In this document: positions 1 to 12,089 of the stretch, piece after piece
Layout: each line of letters opens with the position of its first letter
Numbering within the stretch: the stretch's first letter is position 1
From: Hemiscyllium ocellatum
Taxonomy: Eukaryota
Direction: 5' to 3'
NCBI RefSeq assembly: GCF_020745735.1
Contig: NC_083425.1
Span: forward strand, 16,107,575 to 16,171,574
Length of the DNA: 64,000 nucleotides
Position numbers and translations under genes: made by a program
The notes under the pieces: generated by a model
Told to the model about the DNA's origin: nothing
Databases searched by the model: none
Seen by the model: only the letters and a program-made list of their open reading frames with translations

Positions 1-1873
1 TATGACTTAGTGTGTCTTTAGAGGATTTATTGCTGTTCTGTGGATATCAGAATGTGAATTCAATAAAGCAGATGGGAACTGCTGAGGCCATGTTCATTAT
101 ATTAATAGAGGCCACAGTATTAATACATACGGAATTTTGTTCCTGAATGTAGTGCAGCTGCTTTTGCCAATACTTCTTGCCAATCACCTCTTCCAAAGAA
201 ACAAGTCCAAACTCAACAACTTTTTCTCGTAGTTAAACTGACTGATACTTGGAAGCTTTCTTGCTCACACAGGTATTTTGTCAATGTCAGTCACTTTAAC
301 TAAGAAATACTTCAGATGGGGTTGTACCAATGATTTTATACCAACAACAACAACAACTTGCAGTTGTACAACTTGCAGTTGCTCCTTTAATGGTGTGAAA
401 TTGTCCTAAAACACCCCAAAAGAGCATTGCCATGCAATATTAACACTGATTCATGGGGCCAGATATTGAGCTGAATCTTCTGTTTTGTTTTGGTTAATTC
501 TGAGTTTTGTCAAGTTTGCCAGAGGATTTTTGATGTGAGGCCTATAGTGTTCCTTCACCTATTTGATCGAATGTGCCACATGAATTGCATACCATATCTC
601 TATGGTGTCTCCCACGTCCAATTCCAACCCTATCTTACCACACTCCATTCCCAAAACAGCTTGCTAGTCAGTGGGCATTTGCTAAAAGACCAGCATTCCT
701 TGGGCTTATGCCATCTTTGAAAGCCAATGTGTACCTGGGCAAGTGTTGGCAAACTGTTGGGATGTCCAACTATGTTTCTGAATCATACTGCCTGGCTGCA
801 GAATGGACCTCCTCATGGGGGGAGTCAAAATGAGCTGGTGTGATTGTATACAGATGTCATCAGTCCCTAGACCTGATGGATTTGTGGGAGGGTGACTGAG
901 AAATCTGCCCGACCCAGAAGGAATTAGTCATGTTAAAGTGGTGGCCATCTTCACAGTCACTGGGAGAGAATGGCGCCCCGATCCTGCAGCTCTCAGTTCC
1001 CATTCCAGCTTTCAGCCAAGTCCTGTCATAGTATCCCACGAGCCTGCATTGCGCTGTGCCTTGCTCCTCCCCAAAAAATGATGGTTGGAGCCGGAAAACC
1101 CTGACCTCCCTGCGCTCCCCACATATCTGAGGGGCTCTGCAGTTGTGACCTCTCCCGGAGCTCCTCAGACCTTTTGCCAGCTTGTATCTGTTCCTGGGAT
1201 TGCCATGAGCCCTGGTCCTTTGTGCTCTTAGATAGACAGCAACAGTGACCAACATGCTGTCAGTGGCAGGACCCAGGACTCTCAGTGGAAAGGACCAAAA
1301 ATAGGAACAAAAGGAGTGAATGAGTCTCTTAGACTTTAGAATAGTCATCAGTGGCATAACCTGCTGGTGAGGACTGAGGACACTTTATTCCACACTGAGA
1401 TACACTGTAGCCTGATAGCAAGAGACATGACCCCCTTGCTCATCCACATTTAGGTTCAACATGTGCAGCAACTTGGTGAAGGTGCCATGCTGGCTGAGTA
1501 GAGGATGCCTGCAACACTCCAATACTCTTCCTATCCTGCATCCACATCAAACACTCAAGGAGGTAACCAAGAGGAGGAAAGCCCAGGTGGAAAACCAACT
1601 CACCTCTGACTCCCACCTCCAGGTGGAGTTTTCCAAGGCCAGCTGCGAGTGTGCCCCAGTAACCACTCTCTTCCCTGGCTGGGGCTGATTCTTTTTCTTT
1701 TTTAAGCCCTGATTTCTTTTTTTAAAAGAAAGGAATAAAATGTTTCGTCATTGAGCTTTGCTGTTTGGCATTTTTTAATGGAGAAAGTGAGGACTGCAGA
1801 TGCTGGAGATCAGAGCTGAAAGTGTGTTGCTGGAAAAGCGCAGTAGGTCAGGCAGCAACCAAAGAGCAGGAGA

Positions 1874-1908
1874 ATCGATGTTTCGGGCAAGAGCCCTTCT
1901 TCAGGAAT
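1874..1908 (-). ncRNA. Minimal type I hammerhead ribozyme motif (family A, decayed stem III)
   Basis: Minus strand reads ATTC-CTGAAGA-A-GGGC-TCTT-GCCC-GAAA-CATC-GAT. Confidence 0.75.
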
Positions 1909-2086
1909 GAGGAAAGTGTGTCCAGCATTCTAAGATAAAAGGTAGGGAGGAGGGACCTGGGGGTGGGACGTTGGAACTACCTTTTATCTTAGCCTGCTGG
2001 ACGTTCCACTTATTGCATTTCCAATGCCCCTCCCCCAAGTCCCTCCTCCCTACCTTTTATCTTAGAATGCTGGACACACTTTCCTC

Positions 2087-2121
2087 ATTCCTGAAGAAGG
2101 GCTCATGCCTGAAACGTCGAT
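2087..2121 (+). ncRNA. Minimal type I hammerhead ribozyme motif (family A, intact core)
   Basis: ATTC-CTGAAGA(2091-2097)-A-GGGC-TCAT-GCCT-GAAA(2111-2114)-CGTC(C17=2118)-GAT; palindromic ACGT stem III. Confidence 0.85.
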
Positions 2122-2444
2122 TCTCCTGCTTTTTGGATGCTGCCTGACCTGCTGCGCTTTTCTAGCAACACATTTTCAGCTCTGAACTCCAGCATCTGCA
2201 GTCCTCACTTTCTCCTCGAAGATTTTAACCTACTGCGAATCCTCCTGCAAGGATGCCTTCCTTGAAGAAGCTGTCTTTCTCCCTCTATAAGGATTTCAGT
2301 GAGTCCCTCTCTCACTGCACCCCCCAGGTCATCTCCTCTGCCCAGAAGCTCTTCAGCCACGTTCCACCTATCGCATTTCCAACACCCCTCCCCCAAGTCC
2401 CTCCTCCCTACCTTTTATCTTAGCCTGCTGGACACACTTTCCTC

Positions 2445-2479
2445 ACTCCTGAAGAAGGGCTCATGCCCAAAACGTCGAT
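2445..2479 (+). ncRNA. Hammerhead motif (family A) with G12>A mutation
   Basis: CTGAAGA(2449-2455)-A-GGGC-TCAT-GCCC-AAAA-CGTC; G>A at 2469 is in a CpG context. Confidence 0.75.
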
Positions 2480-2580
2480 TCTCCTGCTCTTTGGATGCTG
2501 CCTGACCTCTGCGCTTTTCCAGCAACACATTTTCAGCTCTGGCATTTTTTTAATGGTCATTTCAATTGATTAGTCAGTTA

Positions 2581-3873
2581 AATGTTCGACAAAGTTCCCC
2601 ACGGGAGACTGGTTAGCAAGGTTAGATCTCATAGAATACAGGGGGAACTAGCCATTTGGATACAGAACTGGCTCAAAGGCAGAAGACAGAGGGTGGTGGT
2701 GGAGAGTTGTTTTTCAGACTGGAGGCCTGTGACCAGTGGAGTGTCACAAGGATCGGTGCTGGATCCTCTCCTTTTCATCATTTATATCAATGATTTGGAT
2801 GTGAGCCTAAGAGGTATAGTTGGTATGTTTGCTGATGACAACAAAATTGGAGGTGTAGTGGACAGCGAAGAGGGTTATCTCAGATTACAACGGGATCTTG
2901 ATCAGATGGGCCAATGGTCTGAGAAGTGGCAGATGGAGTTTAATTTAGATAAATGTGAGGTGCTGCATTTTGGGAAAGCAAATCTTAGCAGGACTTATAC
3001 ACTTAATGGTAAGATCTAAGGGAGTGTTGCTGAACAAAGAGACCTTGGAGTGCAGGTTCATAGCTCCTTGAAAGTAGAGTTGCAGGTAGGTGGGATAGTG
3101 AAGAAGGCATTTGGTATGCTTTCCTTGATTGGTCAGAGTATTGAGTACAGGAGTTGGGAGGTCATGCTGCGGCTGTACAGGACATTGGTTAGGCCACTGT
3201 TGGACTATTGCATGCAATGCTCTTCCTAAGGGTGGAGCAGGGTGACAAGGAGAGGCAATGAGTAAGTCTTTGAAAGGTAATGGTTGTCATAGCAGCAAAG
3301 TGGGCTTCATCGAGTTGGACCGAAGGGTCCGTTTCCATGCTGTACATCTCTATGACTCTATGATTCTAAATGATCAATTTATTGCCTTTACATTTTTTGA
3401 TGAAGCCCACTTTGCTGCTATGGCAACCATTACCTTTCAAAGATTTACTCATTGCCTCCCCTTGTCACCCTGCTCCACCCTTAGAAAGAGAATAATTGCA
3501 TGGTCTCCACCACCTAATGTTATTAAACTTGAAAAGGTTCAGAAAAGATTTACAAGGATGTTGCCAGGGTTGGAGGAATTGAGCTATAGGGAGAGGTTGA
3601 ATAGGCTAGGGCTGTTTTCCCTGGAGCGTCAGAGGCTGAGGAGTGACCTTAAAGAGGTTTATAAGATCATGAGAGGCATGGATAGGATAAATAGACAAAA
3701 TCTTTTCCCCGGGGTGGGGGAGTCCAGAACTAGAGGGTATATGTATTGGAAGGGTTTGGAGTGATATGGGCCAGGTGCTGGCAGGGGGGACTAGATTGGG
3801 TTGGGATATCTAGTCAGCATGGACGAATTGGACTGAAGGGTCTGTTTCCATGCTGTATATCCCTATGACTCTA
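2581..3873 (+). mobile_element. 5'-truncated CR1 LINE (RT C-terminal half + 3' end) with internal rearrangement at 3218-3518
   Basis: FDKVPHGRL..WIQNWL..SGVSQGSVLDP..FADDNKI..FNLDKCEVLHFG; LERQRLRSDLKEVYKIM; CTATGACT-type tail. Confidence 0.95.
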
Positions 3874-4049
3874 AATGATCAATTTATTGAACTTTACATT
3901 TTTGATGAAGCCCACTTTGCTGCTATGGCAATCATTACCTTTCAAAGATTTATTCATTGCCTCCCCTTGTCACCCTGTTCCACCCTTAGGAAGAGAATAA
4001 TTGCCTGGTTTCCACCACCTAATGTGAAATATTTGGGCATCCCTGATCT

Positions 4050-4305
4050 GTATCAGGGCAGGAAATGCTAAGAACACCACCACAGGCAAGTTTCTCTCCA
4101 AATCAGTCACCATCTTGACTTGGAAATATGTTGCTGTTCATTGAGTGTCACTGGGTCGAACCCTGGAACTCCCTCCCTAATGACATTGTGGGTGGCCCTA
4201 CCTCAAATCAGCTGCAACAATTCAAGAAAGCAGATCAGCACCACTTTCTCAAGGGCACCTAGGGACAGCCCAGACAACAACATCTGTAGGCCTTGAATTA
4301 ATAAA
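4050..4305 (+). mobile_element. 3' end of second CR1-group LINE family (same family as 22250-23992)
   Basis: CACCATCTTGACTTGGAAATAT..CACTGGGTC..CCTGGAACTCCCTCCC matches 23770-23850. Confidence 0.8.
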
Positions 4306-4364
4306 ATAACTTTACTCTCAAGAAAAGGAAATTTCACCTTTCTAACAGCAGGACTTTGTATCAT

Positions 4365-4500
4365 TTAACATGAATAGGAAAGGTTTAGAGGAATATGGGC
4401 CAAGTGCTGGCAAATGGGACTAGATTAATTTAAGATACCTGGTTGGCTGGATGAGTTGGACCGAAGGGTTTGTTTCTGTGCTGTACATCTCCATGACACT
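4365..4500 (+). mobile_element. CR1 3' UTR fragment
   Basis: GGAAAGGTTTAGAGGAATATGGGCCAAGTGCTGGCAAATGGGACTAG..GTACATCTCCATGAC, homologous to the other CR1 tails. Confidence 0.85.
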
Positions 4501-4579
4501 ACAATACCTTTTGTAATCTGATTCTGGGCACTGTTTGGGGAATGCTGTCCTCTCTTGAAGTGGAACTGTGGTTTGCTGG

Positions 4580-5020
4580 CCAGTCTATTTAAGTCAGCCA
4601 ATCTGATAGATAGCCTAATGTCAGAACTGAGTGGATTATCAATTAAGAACAGCAAATGGCTTGGAAAATAGAAGGTTGAGGGGACCAGGTAGGAGTAAAT
4701 TTATGAAAGGGTTCAATAAGTATAGACAAGATATTTTCACTGACATGGAGAAACTAAGAATTAAAACACAAACATAATAAATTCAACAGGGAATTCAGAA
4801 GAAACCTCTTCAACCAGAGACTGCTTAGCATGTGAGTGCCATTACCATGCAAAGAATTTGAGGTGAAAAGCAAACTGCACTTGAAGGTGAAGCTGGATAA
4901 AGACATGATGGAGAAAGGAATAGAACGGTCTGATTATTGGGATTAGATGTTGAAGAATGGGATAAAGCTCCTGTGGAGCAGAGATTTATTTGGTGGAATG
5001 GCCTGCCTCTCTGCACTAAA
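4580..5020 (+). mobile_element. Old diverged CR1 3' fragment
   Basis: Degenerate GGTTGAGGGGACCAGGTAGGAGTAAATTTATGAAAGGG..CTTCAACCAGAGA..GGAATGGCCTG. Confidence 0.6.
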
Positions 5021-6637
5021 TATGTCCCACACTCTCAAATTATATCATACTCTGTGGTCAGTTAGCAGGCTTTCCTCAGGGGCGTGTTCACCACCAAATG
5101 TCAGTTGAGAAAGAACTTCTATATACTTTCCTTTTCTCACCACAATCTAATCCCAATTTCTGAGGTCAGGACACATTGTTAGCAGTGAGTGAGCTGTTGG
5201 TTGATCACTCTCCGACAGAGATAGTTCACCACTGCCAACCAGCGTGGATTGGCTGGAATTGTGGTACAAACTGCATTAATGCATTTGAGGGGGATTGCCA
5301 ACACATTTCTGGCAAAGTTAGAACATTCAAAAGTAAACAACTGAGAAGTAATTCCTGACTGGAGATGAACCAGCCTTGCTAATGGAGTCTGAGTAAGCCA
5401 TACTCCCTATCTCTCCTGTCCCACAAATTCACTCTGCTGTTCAAGATACTCACTTTCACTCTTCTATTTACTCCCTATGTCCCCTGGTCTCCTTACTTGG
5501 GCTGGATGCTTTCTGTTGACTTATTCATCAAACATACCAGAAAGCAGGCTGACAGTAATAGCTTGAAACAGAGTATTGTTCCCATAGTTTATCCACATTT
5601 CTTGTGTCTCAGTAACTTGACACCTGAAGATTTCAGTTTATTGCTGCTGAAAGCTGTTGCATCCTTGAATGGTGAAAATGTGTGCTCCATTCTCTCCAGA
5701 GCACAAAAGCACAACATGCAATGCCAATCCTGCATTGGCAACTTGTCAAGCGGCCTTATTTGAACCTCTGCTGGTGTTCTGTCTCATATGTAGAACACAA
5801 TGAATGCAGAACTTGTACTGCTGTGGTGCTGAGGTCCCTTCAACACGGAGGGAGATCAAATTAATTTTGGATCATTAGATGTGAACTGTGCAAACCAAGT
5901 ATTGTTTTACATTTGTTCAGCAAAGTGATTTCTGTGCAGCTTGGTAATTACTTATTGGTTTGAATTTTTTCCCTGGTTGACTTAAAACATTTGTTTTAGT
6001 TGTTCTTCACACTTATTAAACTGTGAACATTAACTCTCCTTGCTTCGTCTATTCATTTGAATGCAACATGTGTGGGATAGTAACACGATTGGAAATCAAA
6101 TTTAGAATTCTATGGTTAACATGTCATAGAGCTCACACGAGGAAAGCTTTTATGGACCTGATTCTGAGGCACTGACCTCTCTTCTATTCATTAGGCAGTC
6201 TACAGGGTGCTTACCAGCTGTAAAGCACTTTTTGAGACCTGTGGATCCCGAGCTGTGCCGTATAAACAGAAGGCTGTCTTTCTTATGGAGGTTTCATTCT
6301 AAGTATTGCTCAGTAAATGACGCACGTGCTCTATTTTCAAGGGTGTTTTAAGATCCTCTTTCGCAGGAGCTATAACCATTTTATAGCAAACTTGTATTAA
6401 CTACAAAAATCACCTTAGATTACTGAGCTGACAACACCAGAGGGCTGAAAGCGAAGGGCAGATTCACTGGTTTTTCACTTGCTTCAGCTCATTTCCAGGA
6501 TTGTTCTGGGCTCTCAAGAACAAACTGAGAAATGTCAGCAGGACATTATAGAATCTGTGAAATATAATTTGACCACACTGATCTTTGTCAGAGTTTGCAC
6601 TGCAAATGAACCTCTTCTTACTCCAATTATCTCTTCC

Positions 6638-6853
6638 TATAGTGAATAGAATGACGTCAGCCAGGTAGAATATGTGTTCCCCAACTGAGGTTGTTAATCT
6701 GGTCTAATCATGGAGCCCTGGCTGACAGATATAAATAGGAGTGTCAGGGATTCTGTTCAATCTAGGAGCCAGCTGGGTCAGTGTTATGTACTATGCCCAT
6801 ATAAACAAAGGGTGACAAGGTGACGGGATACTGGCCTTTATAGAGTTATTTGA
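6638..6853 (+). mobile_element. Solo LTR (about 216 bp)
   Basis: 5-bp TSD CTTCC at 6633-6637 and 6854-6858; decayed TG..CA ends; TATAAA box; homologous to 37254-37448. Confidence 0.85.
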
Positions 6854-8448
6854 CTTCCCACTCCAACTGTTTACATTTCCACTCTCTCCCTGTCCCTTCA
6901 ATGGTATCCATTTCAATTGATCTGTACGGCAGTGGGTTATACAGTGTCATTATGCTCTGTGCGAAAAATCTCACCCTCGATTCTTGATTTATGAAATGTT
7001 TCACTCCAACCAACATGTCACGAATGGATACCTGTTGACCACCCCTCTCACATTTAATTTCTACTCATTGCAATTTTCTCTGTGCAAATAAATCATGTAG
7101 TTGTGCGGGTCAGTGTTTCACATTGAAGCAAGGCATTGATATATTGGCTGTGTATGTGTTTATTTCTCCCTGTGTTAGTGATGAAACCAGCTGGCAGATA
7201 GTTAGCACTGTCACACTGATTGGATCGCCCATTCTATCGGCCCACTCCTTCAGTTTTCAACCACTTTGTGCGGTGCCTGCAAATCACCAATGAAACATTT
7301 GCAAATCATAATGCACAATCATGAACTGCACGCAAGGCACACAACAAAGACATGTGGTACAAATGGAACACATGTGGGTCCAGAGGTGAATCATGAAAAA
7401 TAAACCGTTCATGAAACAAGGCAAAATAAGTCATGCAACAGTTTATTATTCCTAACACACCAGGGGCCAGCCTGTATGTTTTCCATTTTTACGATGGGAG
7501 CAATTCAGAATCATTAGACACGGCAATGCTGCTTCCAATGTAGGGTCAGTGGGTTCATCCAGTGATTAGGAGAGTCCCAACAACTCAAAAAATGCCTTCA
7601 CCTCAGCCTGTGCCAGAGTTAACTGACCTCAGTCGGTTAGAAGTGGTGTCCTTGACTTGTTCCAGGGCTACGAATGGAAAACCTGTTCCAACAGCTCCAC
7701 TCTATGATGTTAGAAGTGTCTGTAGTTAGCCATCAGAGGAGCAGATTGAGTGTGCATCCAGTCAAATAGTTTGCTGGCAATTGGAAATGAGTGGTTTAAC
7801 CACAAAATAAACCAGCTTGGTGTTGGGTCGTGGCCCTTTAGTCTAAATGCAGGTGTAGTTTGCAGATTCAGTAGCTAATATTTCCATGTATTTTTGACCC
7901 TCACAGTATTTGTGTATGTTGAACCGATGGCGAATGTTGTAAGTTTGGTGTACTGTACGTCCAGTTTATTCTTTGAGAGCATTTTAATGAGGGCTGCTTT
8001 TTGGCTGGCCATCAAACATGCCTGTTTCTGCTGATGGGGCTCTTTGAAGTTACAAATAATGGTCCTCTGACCATTGGCATTTTATATAGAAACTGGTCAC
8101 AGCTTCCACAATTTAGATTTCCACCAGTTCCACTGACAATTTAAGAGAAGAGGGCAGGTGAATGCAAGTCTTGTGTCTTTGTTGTGGATCTGAGAAGATC
8201 AGGGGTGCAACTGCAAGACTCCCACAAGATAATCTGGGTTGCCATTACTCTGGGACCCCCACTCTTCGTAACTACAGTGTTATCCTTTGCTGAATCTGTT
8301 GAGCTGTTTTCCTTACGACCATCACTTTCAATCTGCTTCCCACTGCTAAAGAAATTTGAACTTGCCATGTCTGGTGGGAGATTTGAAATTGCCCAATTGA
8401 GATTGCCTCAGGAAACTTACTACACAATTTCTCCCCGATACTTGACAC

Positions 8449-8650
8449 GAAAACAGAAATAGCTGGAGAGACTCAGCAGGTCTGGCAGCATCTATGGTGA
8501 GAAAGCAGAGTCCATGTTTCGAAATCCAGTGACCCTTCTTCAGAACAGCATAATGAAATGTTAACTCTGTTTTCTCTCCACAGAGCTGTTGAGGTTCTCC
8601 AGCAATTTCTGCTTTTGTTTCAGATTTCCAGCGTCTGCCGTTCTTTGGTC
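8449..8650. mobile_element. PLE terminal stub pair in inverted orientation (family D) with a decayed hammerhead on the minus strand
   Basis: Minus strand: GTT-CTGAAGA(8543-8537)-A-GGGTC-ACTG-GATTT-C-GAAA-CATG. Plus arm: GAAATGTTAACTCTG..CTCCAGCA..TTCCAGCGTCTGC. Confidence 0.75.
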
Positions 8651-9002
8651 TTCTCCATCATTCCTATGCCACCTTAACCAGGGTCCTAAAGCAACTGAGG
8701 TGCCCACCAAACAGGGGCAGACTTGAAATCCATTCCCAGTCCACACACGTGTCACAAGATCAAGAATTCAAGACCCAGAGTTTAAACAGTTTGTACAGTG
8801 AAACAAAAATAGTTAAAAACTCCAGTGTGGTTAGTAGCTGCTGCTGATGGATTGAGATGTTAGACTGGAGACCTACCTGACCAGGTGAATGCATGAATAT
8901 TACTGCTTCATGAGCAGCGAAGCTTAATACTTATCTCTCTCAACCAAATTTTGCAGATCACAAATCTTTGCATAGCCTGGCTGCCAAACATTTCCTGCAC
9001 TG

Positions 9003-9113
9003 AAATAAAACAAAATACTGTGGATGCTGAAAATCTGAATCAGAAAACAGAACATGTCGGAGAAGTTCTGAAGCAGAGTCAGACTGAACTTGAAATGCTG
9101 TTTTTCTCTCTCT
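9003..9113. mobile_element. PLE terminal stub (family D), inverted arms, decayed hammerhead
   Basis: ACTGTGGATGCTGAAAATCTG, then GTTCTGAAGCAGAGTCAGACTGAACTTGAAATG. Confidence 0.6.
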
Positions 9114-9117
9114 ACAC

Positions 9118-10700
9118 ATGAACAAAGCACAAAGAATAGTACAGGAACAGGGCCTTTTGCCATTCAAGCCTGCACCTACACCTAGAACATTACAGCGCAG
9201 TACAGGCCCTTTGGCCCTCGATGACGCCTTTCTAAACGGAAACCATTTTCCTCTATGTGGTCCATATCTCTCCATTCTCTGCCTTTTCATGTATCTATTA
9301 AGATGTCTGTTTAAACATTGCTATTGTATCTGCTTCTGCCACCTCTTCATGCAGTACGTTCCAGGCACTTACCACCCTCTGTGCAAAAACGTATCTCTCA
9401 CATCTCCTTTAAACTTTTTTCGCTCTTTTTCCTTAAACCTGTGTCTGCAGATAATTGACGTTTCTACCCTGGGAGAAAGAGTCCAACTATCCAATCTATC
9501 CATGCCTCTCATAATTTTGTAAACTTCTATCAGGTAACCCATCAGCCTCAAGGGCCTAATGGCAACTTTTTCATGCAAAGGGTGGTGTGTGTATGGAATG
9601 AACTGCCAGAGGAAGTGGTGGAGGCTGGTATAATTACAACATTTAAAAGGTCTCTGGATGGGTATATGAATTGGAAGGGTTTAGAGAGATGTGGGTCAAG
9701 TGCTGGCAAATGGGATGAGGTTACTTTAGGATATCTGGTTGGCATAGACGAGTTGGACCAAAGGGTCTGTTTCTGTGCTGTACATCTCTATGACTCAGTG
9801 AAGAAAAACCAGGTTTGTCCAATTTGTCCTCATCGCTAATACCCTTGAAACTGGAAAACACCCTAGTAAACATTTTCTGTGTCCTCTCCAAATCCTCCAT
9901 ATCGTTTTGGTGGTATGACAACCAGAACTGTACACAATATTCCAAATGCAGCCTATATAAGGTTCTACATTTGCAACATGATTTGTCAATTTTTATACTC
10001 TATGATCCAACCAATGAAGGCAAGCATGCCATATGCCTTCTTGACCACCTTATTCACTTATGTTTGCCACTTTCAGGGAACTATGGACCTGTATGCCAAA
10101 CCCCTCTGTATGTTGATGCTTCTAAGGGTTTTAACATTTACTGTATATTTCCCTCCTGTGTTAGACCTTCCAAAATGCATCAACTTGCATTTGTCCAGAT
10201 TAAATTCCAACTGCCATTTCTCCACCCAATTGTACAGCCTATCTATATCCTGCTGTATTCTCTGGCAATCCTCCTCACTGTCTGCAGTTCCCCCAATCTT
10301 TGTGTCATCTGCAAACTTACTAATCAGGCCACTTACCTCCTCTTCCAAATCATTTATACATTACAAATGCCATGGATCCCAGCACACATCCCTGTGGAAC
10401 ACCACTGGTCACTGATCTCCAGTCAGAAAAAATACGGCCTTCCTCCACATCTCTCTGTCTTCTATGAGCAAGCCAGTTCTATATCCATCTTGCCAGCTCA
10501 CCACAGATCCCATGTGACTTCACCTGTGTGCCAGCCTGCCACAAAGATCCTTTTAAAGGTCTTGCTAAAGTCGATGTAGATAACAGTCACCATCCTGTCC
10601 TCATCAATCACCATTGTTGCTTCCTCAAAAAACTCAATCAAGTTTGTGAGACACGACATTCCCTGCACAGTGCCAAGCCGCTACCACTAATAAGTCCAAG
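9118..10700 (-). mobile_element. CR1 LINE RT and 3' end, interrupted by another CR1 tail
   Basis: ISKFADDTKIGG..FNLDKCKLMHFG; MEYCVQFW; LIEVYKIMRGMDR; (TTTGTTC)-like tail at 9118-9135. Confidence 0.9.
9552..9797 (+). mobile_element. CR1 3' end nested in the opposite-strand CR1
   Basis: QRVVCVWNELPEEVVEAG..FKRSLDGYM followed by the CTATGACTC tail. Confidence 0.9.
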
Positions 10701-10866
10701 CGGCCTAGTCCATGCTAATTTGGGCTGCTGACATTCTGCATCACTTTCAGTTTTTTATCTCCTGTGCGTATCTACAAAACAATTAGTGACTTATTTTAAT
10801 GGTGACGTAATTCAGTGATTGTGAAAGGTGCCATACAAAAACAATTGTTCCACATGTAACAACACA

Positions 10867-10888
10867 TATATATATATATATATATATA
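10867..10888. repeat. (TA)11 microsatellite
   Basis: Read directly from the sequence. Confidence 0.95.
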
Positions 10889-11829
10889 AAATTCTTTTAC
10901 GTTACCTTTAAAAAGCCCATAAACTAAATGGTAGATTAAAAACCTTGTTGGATGCAACCCAACTTTGATGTGAGGTTAGTGAACTTAATGGCCCAAACAT
11001 ATTCTTCAAAAGCAGCTATTTGTCATTGTAACAATTCACGGACTCCAGCCAGCAAATAAAGTTGCTGAGGCAAGGCAGGCAACCACATTTCCTAACCTCC
11101 TGCATTTTGATGGTGATTCTGGGCGAAAAGAACATTGTGTACAATTGTTTTGCCTTGGAATTAAGTGTGGTCATAAAATCCAATGAGTTGTTTAAGTACA
11201 AATGTTCTCAGTTTATGTTTATTAGTTCTTAAATGCTTAACAAAACTGCACAGTTTTTTTTCCCAGAGAGTTTATTATCCAGATTGCCGTCTAATTGTCT
11301 TTGGCTCTTACTCATGGAGTAATGGAGTAGGTTTCACATCCAATGAAAATTGCCGTGGGTAAAGTATGCATATCTCTTTTTGTTGAGTTTTGGGATTTGA
11401 AGGTGATTATCTTGTTGTGAATATTTTGTTAGAAGCAACCTGATAGCTGGAGTCGATAAAATAGCTCTGTTTGAACTTTAATTTTAATTATTTCTTAAAT
11501 GTAGTAAGTATGTTATTCAAACTCCCAGGAAACATTTAAAAGGCAAAAGCAAGTGAAATGATTCAGTTGGAAAAGACCTGGCAACAGCACAGCCAGGATG
11601 AATCCAACCAAGTTGAACCTGCAAAACTATATTTACTAATGTGCGTGAACATCCTTCCTAATGTGGGGTGACCTGTATGTGATTTCAGACTACAGCAAAA
11701 TGTTCATTCTTAAATGCCAGCTGAAATGACTGAGTAAGTCTCTCACTTCTATGAAACTGTTACAGTAACATCAACAAAAAATGGAACTGGATGGACATTA
11801 CAGCATCAGTCGAAACAATGCAAATGACA

Positions 11830-12060
11830 TGCAAACCCAGCCTCGTCAGGCCTGCAAAGTTTTCCTTTCCAACATTCGGGGTCTTGTGCCAAAACTGGGA
11901 GAGCTATCCAACAGACTGGACAAGCAACGCCTGACATAGTCATTGTCTGCAAAATATGATTCCATGACAATGTCCTCCCAGTCCCTCAGTATATGAAGTT
12001 TCACTGGAAGAATAGATCCACCAGAGCAGCACAGTAGTAAAAAATAGCTAGAAAGGGGAT
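11830..12060 (+). mobile_element. APE endonuclease N-terminus of a CR1-group LINE (decayed)
   Basis: SNIRGLVPKLGELSNRLDKQ, then PDIVIV after a frameshift. Confidence 0.65.
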
Positions 12061-12089
12061 TTCTATCATCAGAGAGAAGAATTTTTAAA

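Larger units (their letters stand above)
1782..2539. mobile_element. Penelope-like element terminal composite, family A: inverted pLTR (1782-1976) plus tandem + strand pLTRs separated by the ORF start
   Basis: TSD TGGCA(T6/T7)AATGG at 1766-1781 and 2540-2556. Repeated GATGCTGCCTGACCTGCTG..CCAGCA terminus is homologous to the 3' end of the RT/GIY-YIG element at 43889-45514. Putative ORF N-terminus MPSLKKLSFSLYKDFSESLSHCTPQVISSAQKLFSHV starts at ATG 2253. Confidence 0.9.

Noticed and set aside
660-1700. GC-richer segment with a 165-aa minus ORF
   Set aside because: No recognisable domain and no splice support; probably an old repeat that I cannot assign.
7600-7645. LF-SINE/AmnSINE-like core (also near 5180-5230 and 53080-53110)
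   Set aside because: The matches are too short and diverged to support without an HMM search.
9815-10579. 254-aa and 178-aa + strand ORFs
   Set aside because: They are antisense shadows of CR1 ORF2.
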